From Nitrososphaeria archaeon (GTDB lineage Archaea; Thermoproteota; Nitrososphaeria; Geothermarchaeales; JDFR-13), in contig JALWXN010000004.1 of assembly GCA_027078545.1 (NCBI GenBank), forward strand, positions 384,001-448,000: a stretch of DNA of 64,000 nt, in the 5' to 3' direction. Made by a program: the position numbers and the translations under genes. This document shows, piece by piece, positions 37,319 to 46,384 of this stretch (its first letter is position 1; each line of letters starts with the position of its first letter). Below the pieces are notes generated by a model, which saw nothing but the letters and a program-made list of their open reading frames with translations, searched no databases and had not been told where the DNA came from.

Positions 37319-37522
37319 TGTTACTTAAAGCAATCATAATTATTTAGGATTTTATCCTCCGCGATTTAATATTAAACGATAACCTGAAACTAATTATAAT
37401 TAGTTGAGTACTATTTTGAGATACCCCTGTCAAAATACAGCTTCTCAATATATACATCTCTGACTAAAGTAAATGTCACATATTATGTTGGTCAAAGATA
37501 GTGATTTTAAGTGGTGATTACC

Positions 37523-37642
37523 ATGAAGTATAATCCACCCGAAATAACATCAATGGACTTACTGTTAGCGCCATTATGCCTCTGTAATTGCAACTGTGGA
37601 CTGCTGTCAGGTTCGGGAGCTGGAGGAGGGAGTGCTAAGTAG
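37523..37642 (+). CDS. RiPP precursor peptide, 39 aa, Cys/Gly-rich core (absent from ORF track)
   Basis: MKYNPPEITSMDLLLAPLCLCNCNCGLLSGSGAGGGSAK; GGTGA SD at 37513-37517; YxxPxI leader; first gene of the operon. Confidence 0.88.
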   Translation: MKYNPPEITSMDLLLAPLCLCNCNCGLLSGSGAGGGSAK

Positions 37643-37658
37643 CCGCTGGTGGCTAAGC

Positions 37659-38567
37659 GTGCACATAAGAGTCATCAGCATCACAAAGACATACGGTGCT
37701 AGTGTCAGAGCCGTAGAATCCCTATCCTTTTTTATAAACTCAGGAGAATCTGTAGCGCTAATAGGACCCAATGGGGCAGGAAAAACGACAACTATACATA
37801 TCATTCTTGGGCTATTGAAGCCTGATGAAGGAGAAGTTTATATAGACGGAGTCAACATGATGGATGAAAAGGAATCATCGGAAATACGTTCTAGAATAGG
37901 TTTTGCACCACAGAACATCGCGTTGGATTTTTTCCTTACTGTTGAGGATAACATCGAACTGTACCTGAAGTTAAATGGACTATCAAGAGCGAATAGGCGA
38001 GAAAGAACAAAAAGGATACTTGAGTTAATGGGTTTATATGAATATAGGAATAGGAGGGTGGAGACGCTTTCAGGAGGATTAGCCAGACGTGTTCACATAG
38101 CGAGGGCACTGGCTCTCGACCCTGAATTGATTATTTTGGATGAGCCTACTGTTGGATTGGACCCTGTTTCAAGGAGACTTTTCTGGGAAGCTCTCAAGGG
38201 ATACATTAAGGAGTCGGGTGCAACACTCCTGTGGAGTAGCCATTATTTGGAGGAGATCGAAAGAAATGCCGATCGAGTGATTCTACTAAATAGAGGCAGA
38301 AAGTTGATGGACGCTCCTCCTGGAGAGATTGTATCCAAGTTTTCGAGACCTGTACTCGAGCTAGAAATACCTAATGAAGAGGTTTTAAAGTCACTTACAT
38401 CGAGATTCGGCGGTAACTATGTAAATGGAAGGCTCATCATTGACGATGTCGACTGGGATGATCTGCCCAAGGTTATAGCAAGCCTGAGTAAGCTTGGTGC
38501 TGAGGTACGGCTGTTGAGGTGGGGTAGTAAGTCACTTGAGGAGGTGTATCTCGAGGTGATGTCATGA
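37659..38567 (+). CDS. ABC exporter ATP-binding subunit (DrrA/CcmA-like)
   Basis: GPNGAGKT, LSGG, LDEPT, SSHY; probable GTG start 37659 after GGTGG. Confidence 0.93.
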   Translation: MHIRVISITKTYGASVRAVESLSFFINSGESVALIGPNGAGKTTTIHIILGLLKPDEGEVYIDGVNMMDEKESSEIRSRIGFAPQNIALDFFLTVEDNIELYLKLNGLSRANRRERTKRILELMGLYEYRNRRVETLSGGLARRVHIARALALDPELIILDEPTVGLDPVSRRLFWEALKGYIKESGATLLWSSHYLEEIERNADRVILLNRGRKLMDAPPGEIVSKFSRPVLELEIPNEEVLKSLTSRFGGNYVNGRLIIDDVDWDDLPKVIASLSKLGAEVRLLRWGSKSLEEVYLEVMS

Positions 38568-39316
38568 GTATTGTTATAACCCTTATCGAGAGGGAGTTCA
38601 AAATACTGTTTAGGAGTAAGTTGCTTATGCTTCTCATGATAGCTCAGCCAGTAATTTTGATATTCTTGTTCGTCCTGTCTATGGGTAATGTAGTCGGTGA
38701 GATAACTTATCGGGGTATCACTGTTAGCTATGTGGAGTTCATGGTTCCAAGCGTGGTTATTCTTACCCTTATGTTTGTTACTATGATGGTGAGCCAATCC
38801 GTTTTCAACGAGAAGTTTTCCAACATGCTGATAATCCTGTTATCTACGAGGATGACAGCTAGGGACTACATCGTAAGTAAATTGATAACCAACACTTTTA
38901 TATCATTAACACAGGCGATGCTTATGCTAACAGCTTATCTATTGATTATAGGAGGAACCAACATAATATCAATTATATATGCTCTTCCACCAATAATAAT
39001 TGCATCACTGACACTTTCGGGGATATATCTCTCTCTTCTAGGGTATCTCAAAACAATTTCAGCTTTCTCGAGTGCCGTAAACATACTTACATTGATAATG
39101 ATATATTCTGCACCTCTTTTCTACCCTTTGGAGGCGATGCCTTTCCCTCTAAATTTTGCTAGTAATGTTAATCCTTTAACATATATTGTTGAATCAACAA
39201 GGATAGGTTATTTATTAAAGAGTTTTGATGTATCAATATGGATATCCTCGATAATTTGTATAATCTTCATATTACTATCCATTCATACAATGAAAAATAT
39301 GCTTACGGAGGTTTAA
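38564..39316 (+). CDS. ABC-2 type exporter permease
   Basis: 6 TM; REFK, YVEFMVP, FYPLEAMP, NPLTYIVE; ATGA overlap with the ATPase. Confidence 0.92.
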   Translation: MSIVITLIEREFKILFRSKLLMLLMIAQPVILIFLFVLSMGNVVGEITYRGITVSYVEFMVPSVVILTLMFVTMMVSQSVFNEKFSNMLIILLSTRMTARDYIVSKLITNTFISLTQAMLMLTAYLLIIGGTNIISIIYALPPIIIASLTLSGIYLSLLGYLKTISAFSSAVNILTLIMIYSAPLFYPLEAMPFPLNFASNVNPLTYIVESTRIGYLLKSFDVSIWISSIICIIFILLSIHTMKNMLTEV

Positions 39317-39318
39317 AA

Positions 39319-40713
39319 ATGATAGAAAGAAGAATGATAATTCAGGATACTCCACTTGAAAAATTAAGGGAGAACTTGAAAAGATTAATATGCATCAAAT
39401 TTAAAAATCTCTATGTGCTTTTTGATCCAGAGACAGTCAGTTGGATCCCCATTAGTGACGATGATATCGCAATGCTTAGAGAATTTTATTGGGGTGGCTA
39501 TCTAAGAGAGAAAAAAGGATTTCATCTGATTGGTAGGATGATATCGTCCTTAATTGGAGTGTCTTATAGAATAATTTATAATAAATTACTTCCCTACCCA
39601 TCAGTGTATTATTTGGAAATCACAAAGGGTTGCAACCTTAGATGTGTTTACTGTTATATAGGTTCTGCGCCTGAATTGCTCAGTTATAAGGGAAAGATGA
39701 AAGTTGAGAACTGGCTTGAACTGATAAATCAAATAAATACCCTTGGGGGCAGAGAAGTAATTTTTACTGGAGGCGAACCATTACTAAAGTATGATGACAT
39801 TTTATCTATCGGAAAGTATGCAAAGGAACATGGTCTTATTACATCTCTCATTACCAATGGTGTTTTGCTGAATTCTAAGAGAGTTGAGGAGCTCTCTAGG
39901 ATTATAGATAACATCACTGTTAGCCTGGATAGTCATATAGGTTCAGTTAATGCGGTTACAAGAGGTTATAGAGAGACACATAGAATAATATATTACATTA
40001 AGAGCCTCCTCGAGAAGGGAGTAAATATTTATGTAAATTGTGTTGTAACAAGAAGTAACGTAAATAGCTTGACTAGTTTCTTGGATCATTTACAAAAGAT
40101 CGGAGTGACCCCTGATAAAATAAAATTTATTCTCATGGCACCAGCAGGAAGGGCTTTAACATTGGATCATTTCTCAGTCAACCCAATGGATTTAGTCAAA
40201 GAGTCATTTTTATATAACCTTAGGATGGGAGTCATTCCTAATCACAGTCGTACGGCTTTTAATAAATTTTCAAGAAAGTACATGTGTGGGGCTTCCGTAT
40301 CTGAATTATATATAGATTGTGATGGAAACGTTTATCCATGTAGAATGTTGGTGACAAAGTCTGGACATCTTGGAAATGTCCTTAAAAACTCATTGAAGGA
40401 CATACTTGACAGTTCCAATAGGTATAATTTTGTTGATTCGATATCCAAACCCAATTTAAAGGTATGTAAAGATTGTATTTATAGAAATGTATGTGCTGGG
40501 GGGTGCAGAGGCAATGTCATAGGTTCCCAAGGTAATTTGACGGATCCTGATCCCATTAATTGCATTATCGTTAAAAATACTTTTCCTCTGTATATGATAG
40601 TCGAATCCTACGGCTTAGAGGTTCTTAGAAATCTGAATGATAGAAATGTATTTCGACAAGTGGAGGTTGTTAGTTCATGGTTGGAAGAAGATTTAGACCT
40701 AAAGAAAGTGTGA
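39319..40713 (+). CDS. Radical SAM/SPASM peptide maturase
   Basis: CNLRCVYC, TGGEP, TNG, VSLDS; SPASM CGA..IDCDGNVYPC..GN..CKDC...CAGGC...C; ATG 39319 after GGAGG. Confidence 0.93.
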   Translation: MIERRMIIQDTPLEKLRENLKRLICIKFKNLYVLFDPETVSWIPISDDDIAMLREFYWGGYLREKKGFHLIGRMISSLIGVSYRIIYNKLLPYPSVYYLEITKGCNLRCVYCYIGSAPELLSYKGKMKVENWLELINQINTLGGREVIFTGGEPLLKYDDILSIGKYAKEHGLITSLITNGVLLNSKRVEELSRIIDNITVSLDSHIGSVNAVTRGYRETHRIIYYIKSLLEKGVNIYVNCVVTRSNVNSLTSFLDHLQKIGVTPDKIKFILMAPAGRALTLDHFSVNPMDLVKESFLYNLRMGVIPNHSRTAFNKFSRKYMCGASVSELYIDCDGNVYPCRMLVTKSGHLGNVLKNSLKDILDSSNRYNFVDSISKPNLKVCKDCIYRNVCAGGCRGNVIGSQGNLTDPDPINCIIVKNTFPLYMIVESYGLEVLRNLNDRNVFRQVEVVSSWLEEDLDLKKV

Positions 40714-40949
40714 TTATAAATAGGTCTGAGTTCGATGACAGGTTTTTAATCTATGATCCAAGAAGTGGGAAAATGTTTTTCACTAATGAAATCGGTGTCT
40801 TAATTTGGTATTTGCTCAGATGTTATGAAGTGGATAGAATTGTAGAAGCTGTTTCCATACTTACAGGAGAGAAGATGGAGACTATTAATAAAGATCTAAA
40901 TAACTTTTTAGAAAGACTTAAGAAACTAGGGTTAGTTGAAATAGAGTAA
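40677..40949 (+). CDS. PqqD-family RiPP recognition element (RRE)
   Basis: 90 aa; LIYDPRSGKMFFTNEIGVLIW.LL...DLNNFLERLKKLGLVE. Confidence 0.9.
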   Translation: MVGRRFRPKESVIINRSEFDDRFLIYDPRSGKMFFTNEIGVLIWYLLRCYEVDRIVEAVSILTGEKMETINKDLNNFLERLKKLGLVEIE

Positions 40950-41018
40950 TTGCCAGTATCTGCATTGACACACGTTATAATCTTCTTAAAGCTAAATACC
41001 ATTGTTAGTGGTGTTCCT

Positions 41019-42209
41019 ATGGAGAAGTATGACGTGATCGTGATTGGTCTGGGGCCTGGTGGTGCCTCGGCTCTCTACAAGATTGCCTCCTATGGCTACA
41101 GGGTGATTGGATTCGATAAGAGGAGGGAGATCGGCGTCCCTATCCAGTGCGGCGAGTTCATCCCGCAGTACCATGAGTATAGGGGGATCTTGCCCGAGGT
41201 TACCGACGAGTATCTCGAGATATTTAGGAAGATGCCTATGAGCCTGGTGGATAACAGGACTGATAGGGTCAGGGTTGTGACCCCTGGTGGGGATGAGTAT
41301 GAGGTTGGTTTCGACGGCTTCGTCATCGATAGGGAGAGGTTTGACAAGTGGATCGTTAAGATGGCTGTTGATAGGGGTGCCGAGGTGAGGATAAGGGCTA
41401 ATGTCTATAAGCTAGAGGAGGACGGCACCGTCCACGTCAGGATAGGGGATAAGGCTGAGAAGTATAGGGCTGACGCCGTGGTCATAGCTGCTGGGACATC
41501 CTCGACCCTCCTTGACCAGGTGGGTCTGTATAGGGAGACTGATGAGCTGAACCTTGGACACGTCATCAACTACCAGATGGCAGGCGTCGACTCTGACCCA
41601 AGGGTTGTGGAGATGTATACTGGTAAGAAGTGGTCCCCAGGGGCATATGCATGGATCATCCCTAAGGGCGGCGGCGTAGCCAATGTCGGCCTCGGGATTA
41701 GGTATGACTATATCGAGGATGATGTGAGGGATATAAACGTCTATATGGAGCGTTTCTGGCATGAGCATCCAGTGGCGTCTAAGAAGCTTGGTAGGGCCCA
41801 GCCCCTGTCATATGTGGGTGGCCTAGTCCCCGTCGGCCCACCCCCGAAGAAGACGGTCTCGGGTAGGTATGTCTCGGTGGGTGACGCGGCTAACCAGAAC
41901 ATAGCCTCCCTAGGGGCTGGGATAGTCACCTCCTCGATAGGCGGTATAGCGGCTGGTGAGGCTATACATAAGTACCTCTCAGGCGAGGCCGGCCTCGAGT
42001 ATTATGAGGAGCTCTGGAAGCGTCTACTGGGTAGGGCCTTGGAGGATGGGTATAGGCTTAGACTGGTGATAGACATCATTACGAAGGAGGACCGCTATAC
42101 GGACGAGTTTATGAGGATCGTCGGTAGGGAGAGGATTAAGGACCTTGTCTATACGAGGGCGCCGAGCAACATGGATCTCCTGAAGATTGCGATGAGCATC
42201 ATGAAGTAG
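41019..42209 (+). CDS. Geranylgeranyl reductase family (DGGGPL reductase-like)
   Basis: GLGPGG, PIQCGE, DRERFDK, PGAYAWIIPKG, VGDAA. Confidence 0.9.
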   Translation: MEKYDVIVIGLGPGGASALYKIASYGYRVIGFDKRREIGVPIQCGEFIPQYHEYRGILPEVTDEYLEIFRKMPMSLVDNRTDRVRVVTPGGDEYEVGFDGFVIDRERFDKWIVKMAVDRGAEVRIRANVYKLEEDGTVHVRIGDKAEKYRADAVVIAAGTSSTLLDQVGLYRETDELNLGHVINYQMAGVDSDPRVVEMYTGKKWSPGAYAWIIPKGGGVANVGLGIRYDYIEDDVRDINVYMERFWHEHPVASKKLGRAQPLSYVGGLVPVGPPPKKTVSGRYVSVGDAANQNIASLGAGIVTSSIGGIAAGEAIHKYLSGEAGLEYYEELWKRLLGRALEDGYRLRLVIDIITKEDRYTDEFMRIVGRERIKDLVYTRAPSNMDLLKIAMSIMK

Positions 42210-42717
42210 TGTCTACCTCCACCACCTCAGCCTCCATTTTTTCAAGGTCGAGCACTGCCACGGTCCTCTTCCCGGTTAGGTATCCACAGGCCTCCCCAGG
42301 GTTTAGGACGAGGGTGTCACCAACCCATCTCTGGTCCACCCTATGTGTATGGCCGTAGAGGACTATGTCGTATCTACCCGACTCTGCCAGGATGTTTGGG
42401 AGCTCCATATAGGTTCCATGTGTAATCGCTATCCTCCTACCCCCAAGCTCAACCTCGTTCACAAGGTCCTCTAGGGACCAGCCCCTCTCCTCATATCTCC
42501 TCCTGAGGAGCCTCGTCTCACCATCGTTGTTGCCCAGCACCCCGTACAGCATCCCTATACCGGCCTCACCCATCCACTCCACGGTGAATGGTGCTATGTG
42601 GTCACCGCAGTGTACAGCTGTGACCCCCTTTCCAAAGCCTAGCCTCTCTAGGAGGCCTGGTAGCATCTCGAAGAATGGCTTGTCGTCATGGGTGTCTGAG
42701 ATGACCAGGATCTTCAT
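42199..42717 (-). CDS. YfcE/Vps29-type metallophosphoesterase
   Basis: SDTHD, HCGD, GNND, THG, GHTH, NPGE. Confidence 0.92.
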   Translation of the reverse strand: MKILVISDTHDDKPFFEMLPGLLERLGFGKGVTAVHCGDHIAPFTVEWMGEAGIGMLYGVLGNNDGETRLLRRRYEERGWSLEDLVNEVELGGRRIAITHGTYMELPNILAESGRYDIVLYGHTHRVDQRWVGDTLVLNPGEACGYLTGKRTVAVLDLEKMEAEVVEVDTTS

Positions 42718-42748
42718 GTCGTATCCCTCCTCCAAGGGGCTTCTATGT

Positions 42749-42835
42749 TGGAGCCCCGGCCGGGATTTGAACCCGGGACCTGCGGCTATCCCTTGGCCGT
42801 ACGAGGCCGCCGCTCTACCGCTGAGCTACCGGGGC
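42749..42835 (-). tRNA. tRNA-Thr(CGT) with 12-nt intron at 37/38 (42788-42799); CCA encoded
   Basis: GCCCCGG..GCTC AGCGGTA GAGC..GCGGC CTCGTA [CGGCCAAGGGAT] A GCCGC..CCGGG TTCAAAT CCCGG CCGGGGC TCCA. Confidence 0.94.
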
Positions 42836-42866
42836 CCTATAACGATTCTATTCCGCTGCGGACTTA

Positions 42867-43187
42867 TTATAGGAGCCTCCTCGCGGCCGGTATGTTGACC
42901 TCCCTATTCTCGACTGGGTCTAGGAAGCGGATCCTGTTCTTCTCGTCTCTATAGGCTATGACGGGCTTAGCCCCGGTGTTCCTGACCATCTCGACCAGCC
43001 TCTCCCGGGACCTCTTCGTTATCCTACCCGTCTTACACTCGACTAGGTATACCTCCCCCATATACATCGCTATTAGGTCTAGTGGCTTTGACCCTGCTAG
43101 GCGGAATACTCGGTAGCCCAGCCTCTCCAGGTGCTTCTTCACCCTGATCTCGAATCTATAGCCCTTCCTATACCTCTGGTTAGGCAT
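42867..43187 (-). CDS. hjc: Holliday junction resolvase Hjc-like PD-(D/E)XK nuclease
   Basis: YRKGYRFE, RLAGS, DLIA, VECK. Confidence 0.82.
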   Translation of the reverse strand: MPNQRYRKGYRFEIRVKKHLERLGYRVFRLAGSKPLDLIAMYMGEVYLVECKTGRITKRSRERLVEMVRNTGAKPVIAYRDEKNRIRFLDPVENREVNIPAARRLL

Positions 43188-43243
43188 CCCAATTAAGGCT
43201 TAACCCGGTGGGTGGGAAATATAGTGTGTGGCGGTGCATAGCC

Positions 43244-43642
43244 TTGAGGATCGTGTTTAGGCGTGGGGATCTAGAAGGGTTTAGGAGGCTGGCTATGGAG
43301 AGTGAAATTGAGGAGGCCGGCCTCCTCGTGGGTAGATGCCTAGGTGAGGAGTGCCGGGTGGAGCGTATCTTCGTGGCTGAGAATATCGACCGGAGCCCTG
43401 TGAGGTTCACTATAGATCCATACACCATGCTACGGGCCTATGAATATGCCGATGCAGAGGGGCTCGAGGTGATAGGGGTTATACATGGCCATCCAGCCCC
43501 GCCCCAGCCGAGTAGCCTCGACCTGGAGAATATGAGGAGGTGGCCGGTGATATGGGTCATCATAGATACGAGGACTGGTGAGGTGGGGGCCTGGCTCTGG
43601 AGGGACAGCCTCATAAAGGTTGAGTATAGTATTATGGATTAG
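43244..43642 (+). CDS. JAMM/MPN+ (M67) metalloprotease
   Basis: EEAGLLVG, HGHP...PSSLD; start uncertain. Confidence 0.88.
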   Translation: MRIVFRRGDLEGFRRLAMESEIEEAGLLVGRCLGEECRVERIFVAENIDRSPVRFTIDPYTMLRAYEYADAEGLEVIGVIHGHPAPPQPSSLDLENMRRWPVIWVIIDTRTGEVGAWLWRDSLIKVEYSIMD

Positions 43643-43650
43643 TCCGGTGG

Positions 43651-45402
43651 TTGGGCGTGTCGAAGGCGGAGAAGGTCTTCAGCCTGGCTAGGAGGAGGGG
43701 ATTCTTCTGGCCCGCATACGAGATATATGGCGGTGTAGCCGGGTTCTACACCTGGGGCCCCCTTGGGGTCCTCCTGAAGAATAAGATCCGGAGCTTCTGG
43801 AGGGAGATGTTCGTATATAGACATGGCTTCGTGGAGATCGAGGGGCCGTCGATAGCCCCGGAGATAGTTTTCAAGGCCTCTGGGCATGTCGAGGGCTTCA
43901 AGGATGTGATGGTATCCTGTCTAAACTGTGGAGCTAAGTATAGAGCTGACAAGCTACTGGAGGAGCGTGGCGTGGAGGCGCCTGAAGGCCTGAGCCCAGA
44001 GGAGTATCTCGGCCTGATCAGGGAGAATAATGTTAGGTGTCCGAGCTGTGGGGGTGAGCTGGGCAACCCAGGCTACTTCATAACGATGTTCCAGACAACT
44101 ATTGGGCCATACTCCGACGCGGTTGGATATCTCAGGCCGGAGACGGCCCAGAACATGTTCACGGAGTTTAGGCGTGTGTATGAGGTTATGAGGAGGCGCT
44201 TCCCCCTAGGCGTTGCCCAGATAGGTAGGGGCTTCAGGAACGAGATCAGCCCTAGGCAGGGTGTTATAAGGCTTAGGGAGTTCGACATGATGGAGATAGA
44301 GTTCTTCTTCGACCCTGAGGATGAGGACTTCCCCTGGGCTGAGGAGGTGATGGATGAGGAGCTCAACATCCTCCATGAAGAGCTTATTAGGAGTGGGGGT
44401 AGGGACTATGAGACCATGACTGTTAGGGAGGCCCTGGAGAGGGGCATTATCCACTACAGGTCGATGGCCTACTTCATGGTACTGGCGAAGAGGTTCATCG
44501 CGGCGCTGGGCATACCCGAGGATAGGCAGAGGTTTAGGGAGAAGCTTGAGGGGGAGCGGGCCCACTATGCGAGGAAGGTCTTCGACCAGGAGGTCCTCCT
44601 GGACAGGTGGGGCTGGGTAGAGGTCTCCGGCCACGCCGATAGGACTGACTACGACCTATCCAGACACTCCAAGTATAGTGGTAGGGAGCTGGCTGTGGAG
44701 AAGAGGCTTGAGAAGCCTATAACCGTAACGGTTAGGGAGGCCTATCCAGAGCCTAGGCGTATAAGGGAGTCCTACCCCGAGAAGATCGGGGAGATCATGA
44801 GGAGCCTCTCAGGCATGGATCCCGAGGAGCTTTATAGACTGCTGGATAGCCAGGGCTATATTGAAGTCGCTGGGGTCAGGCTTGGGAAGGAGTTCTTCAG
44901 GCTGGAGGTGGGTGAGGAGAGGAGGAGTGTGAAGAAGATAATCCCCCATGTTGTGGAGCCCTCATTCGGGCTCGATAGGATTGTATACGCCACGCTTGAG
45001 TATGCCTATAGGGAGAAGGGTGACAGGGTGGTCCTCTCCCTCCCTGCCTATGTAGCTCCTATCGAGGCGGCTGTATACCCACTCCTCGATAGGGATGACC
45101 TGAGGGGGCTGGCTGAGGATATAGTCCTGGAGCTGGAGGAGAATGGGTTCAGGGTCTTCTACGACTATGGAGACAGTATCGGTAGGCTCTATGCTAGGGG
45201 TGACGAGATAGGTGTCCCTATAGCCTTCACCGTCGATATGAGGAGTCTGAGGGATGATACGGTTACGGCTAGGGATAGGGATACCTGGGTCCAGTATAGG
45301 GTTGAGCGTGGAAGGGTTGTCGAGATGGTGGAGCGCCTAGTCTCTGGGGAGCCATTCGAGGAGATAGCTAGGTCTATGGGGCTGGAGAAGGTATCTGTCT
45401 AG
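43651..45402 (+). CDS. glyS: Glycine--tRNA ligase (alpha2 type)
   Basis: RRGFFW..YEIYGG, LRPETAQ, FRNEISPRQG, EPSFGLDR. Confidence 0.97.
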   Translation: MGVSKAEKVFSLARRRGFFWPAYEIYGGVAGFYTWGPLGVLLKNKIRSFWREMFVYRHGFVEIEGPSIAPEIVFKASGHVEGFKDVMVSCLNCGAKYRADKLLEERGVEAPEGLSPEEYLGLIRENNVRCPSCGGELGNPGYFITMFQTTIGPYSDAVGYLRPETAQNMFTEFRRVYEVMRRRFPLGVAQIGRGFRNEISPRQGVIRLREFDMMEIEFFFDPEDEDFPWAEEVMDEELNILHEELIRSGGRDYETMTVREALERGIIHYRSMAYFMVLAKRFIAALGIPEDRQRFREKLEGERAHYARKVFDQEVLLDRWGWVEVSGHADRTDYDLSRHSKYSGRELAVEKRLEKPITVTVREAYPEPRRIRESYPEKIGEIMRSLSGMDPEELYRLLDSQGYIEVAGVRLGKEFFRLEVGEERRSVKKIIPHVVEPSFGLDRIVYATLEYAYREKGDRVVLSLPAYVAPIEAAVYPLLDRDDLRGLAEDIVLELEENGFRVFYDYGDSIGRLYARGDEIGVPIAFTVDMRSLRDDTVTARDRDTWVQYRVERGRVVEMVERLVSGEPFEEIARSMGLEKVSV

Positions 45403-45704
45403 AACCTCTCGCCTAGATACTTGTCGTAGTCCTCTATATCGTTTATACTTATCCTCTCAAGGCTGCTGTGCCTCCTCTTCCTCCTTATCCTCCTCTCCAC
45501 GTATACTCCACACCTGCCGTCGGGTAGGAGCTTGTTTATCGAGCATGCTGGGAACTGGCATGGCTGTGGTACGCAGTCGTCGTTGACGAGTTTACATATC
45601 CTCTTGTCCCCAGCTATTAGGAGCGACCTGTTTGTACATCTGAAGTATCGGCAGAAGGGTGTGCAGTACTCCACGTCGCCAGGCTCGATGAACTTCGCCC
45701 TCAT
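45399..45704 (-). CDS. Small Cys-rich hypothetical protein
   Basis: 8 Cys in 101 aa (CTPFC..FRC..C..C..CQFPAC..GRC). Confidence 0.7.
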   Translation of the reverse strand: MRAKFIEPGDVEYCTPFCRYFRCTNRSLLIAGDKRICKLVNDDCVPQPCQFPACSINKLLPDGRCGVYVERRIRRKRRHSSLERISINDIEDYDKYLGERF

Positions 45705-45751
45705 GGCGGAGCATCCTCTTGGCCAGTGTCCTCCATATATCTACGGGGGGT

Positions 45752-46336
45752 CTATGGATTAATAAACTCTTTGTGACAGCTCCTCAGGAGCTCGGCCGCA
45801 GCATAGGCAGCCATGGATGCGATTGATATTGGCCTGGGTATCCTACCCTCTGGCGTCAACCTCTTGAGCAGCCTTATAGCTTCTCCCTCTGTTATGCCTA
45901 GTGTCCTGACATATATCCTGTGGCCGTTGAGGTATGCCTCCCTCCTGGGGCCGAGCCTTAGGTATAGGAGTAGCCTATCCTCCCACCTAGGCATCTGCAT
46001 TATATACCTGACTATGCCCTCGGTCTCCTCATAGGTTATTGCTATTAGTGGTAGACCGGTCTCGAGGTGTATCCTCTCCAGGTCGACTATGTTGTACCAG
46101 CTTATAACGACTCCTGAGAGGAGTATAGCGTTGATATCCTCCCTGCCCATCTCCCTGATAAGGCTGAGTATGTTCTCGGTGCTGTCCAGCCCACCCACTG
46201 TGTTGAGCCTGTACCATATCCCGTCGAATCCACGGTCTAGCCTATAGACCACCCCAGCTAGGACTGCGTATCGATCCCCCTTCCTATAGCTCTCGGCTAT
46301 GCCTAGGACTCGGGAGCCCGTCTTAAAATATGTCAT
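45752..46336 (-). CDS. DUF99/UPF0215 (endonuclease V-like) protein
   Basis: VLGIAES, GGLDST, SWYNIVD, EG.IP.P. Confidence 0.85.
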   Translation of the reverse strand: MTYFKTGSRVLGIAESYRKGDRYAVLAGVVYRLDRGFDGIWYRLNTVGGLDSTENILSLIREMGREDINAILLSGVVISWYNIVDLERIHLETGLPLIAITYEETEGIVRYIMQMPRWEDRLLLYLRLGPRREAYLNGHRIYVRTLGITEGEAIRLLKRLTPEGRIPRPISIASMAAYAAAELLRSCHKEFINP

Positions 46337-46384
46337 CGGTGAAATGAATATTGTCTCCCTACACTGTATATAGGGTGTTGCGGC

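Larger units (their letters stand above)
37319..41000. other. Low-GC genomic islet carrying a RiPP cluster
   Basis: Abrupt GC drop (20/60 GC in line 39301 vs 32/60 in line 36181); foreign AAA/AGA/TTA codon use; no integrase or transposase. Confidence 0.85.

Noticed and set aside
37596-37658. N-terminal extension (MDCCQV...) of the ABC ATPase
   Set aside because: Overlaps the precursor peptide ORF in another frame; GTG 37659 with an SD fits the ABC domain start.
42527-42954. Plus-strand ORFs of 123 and 69 aa
   Set aside because: Antisense to tRNA-Thr, the phosphoesterase and hjc.
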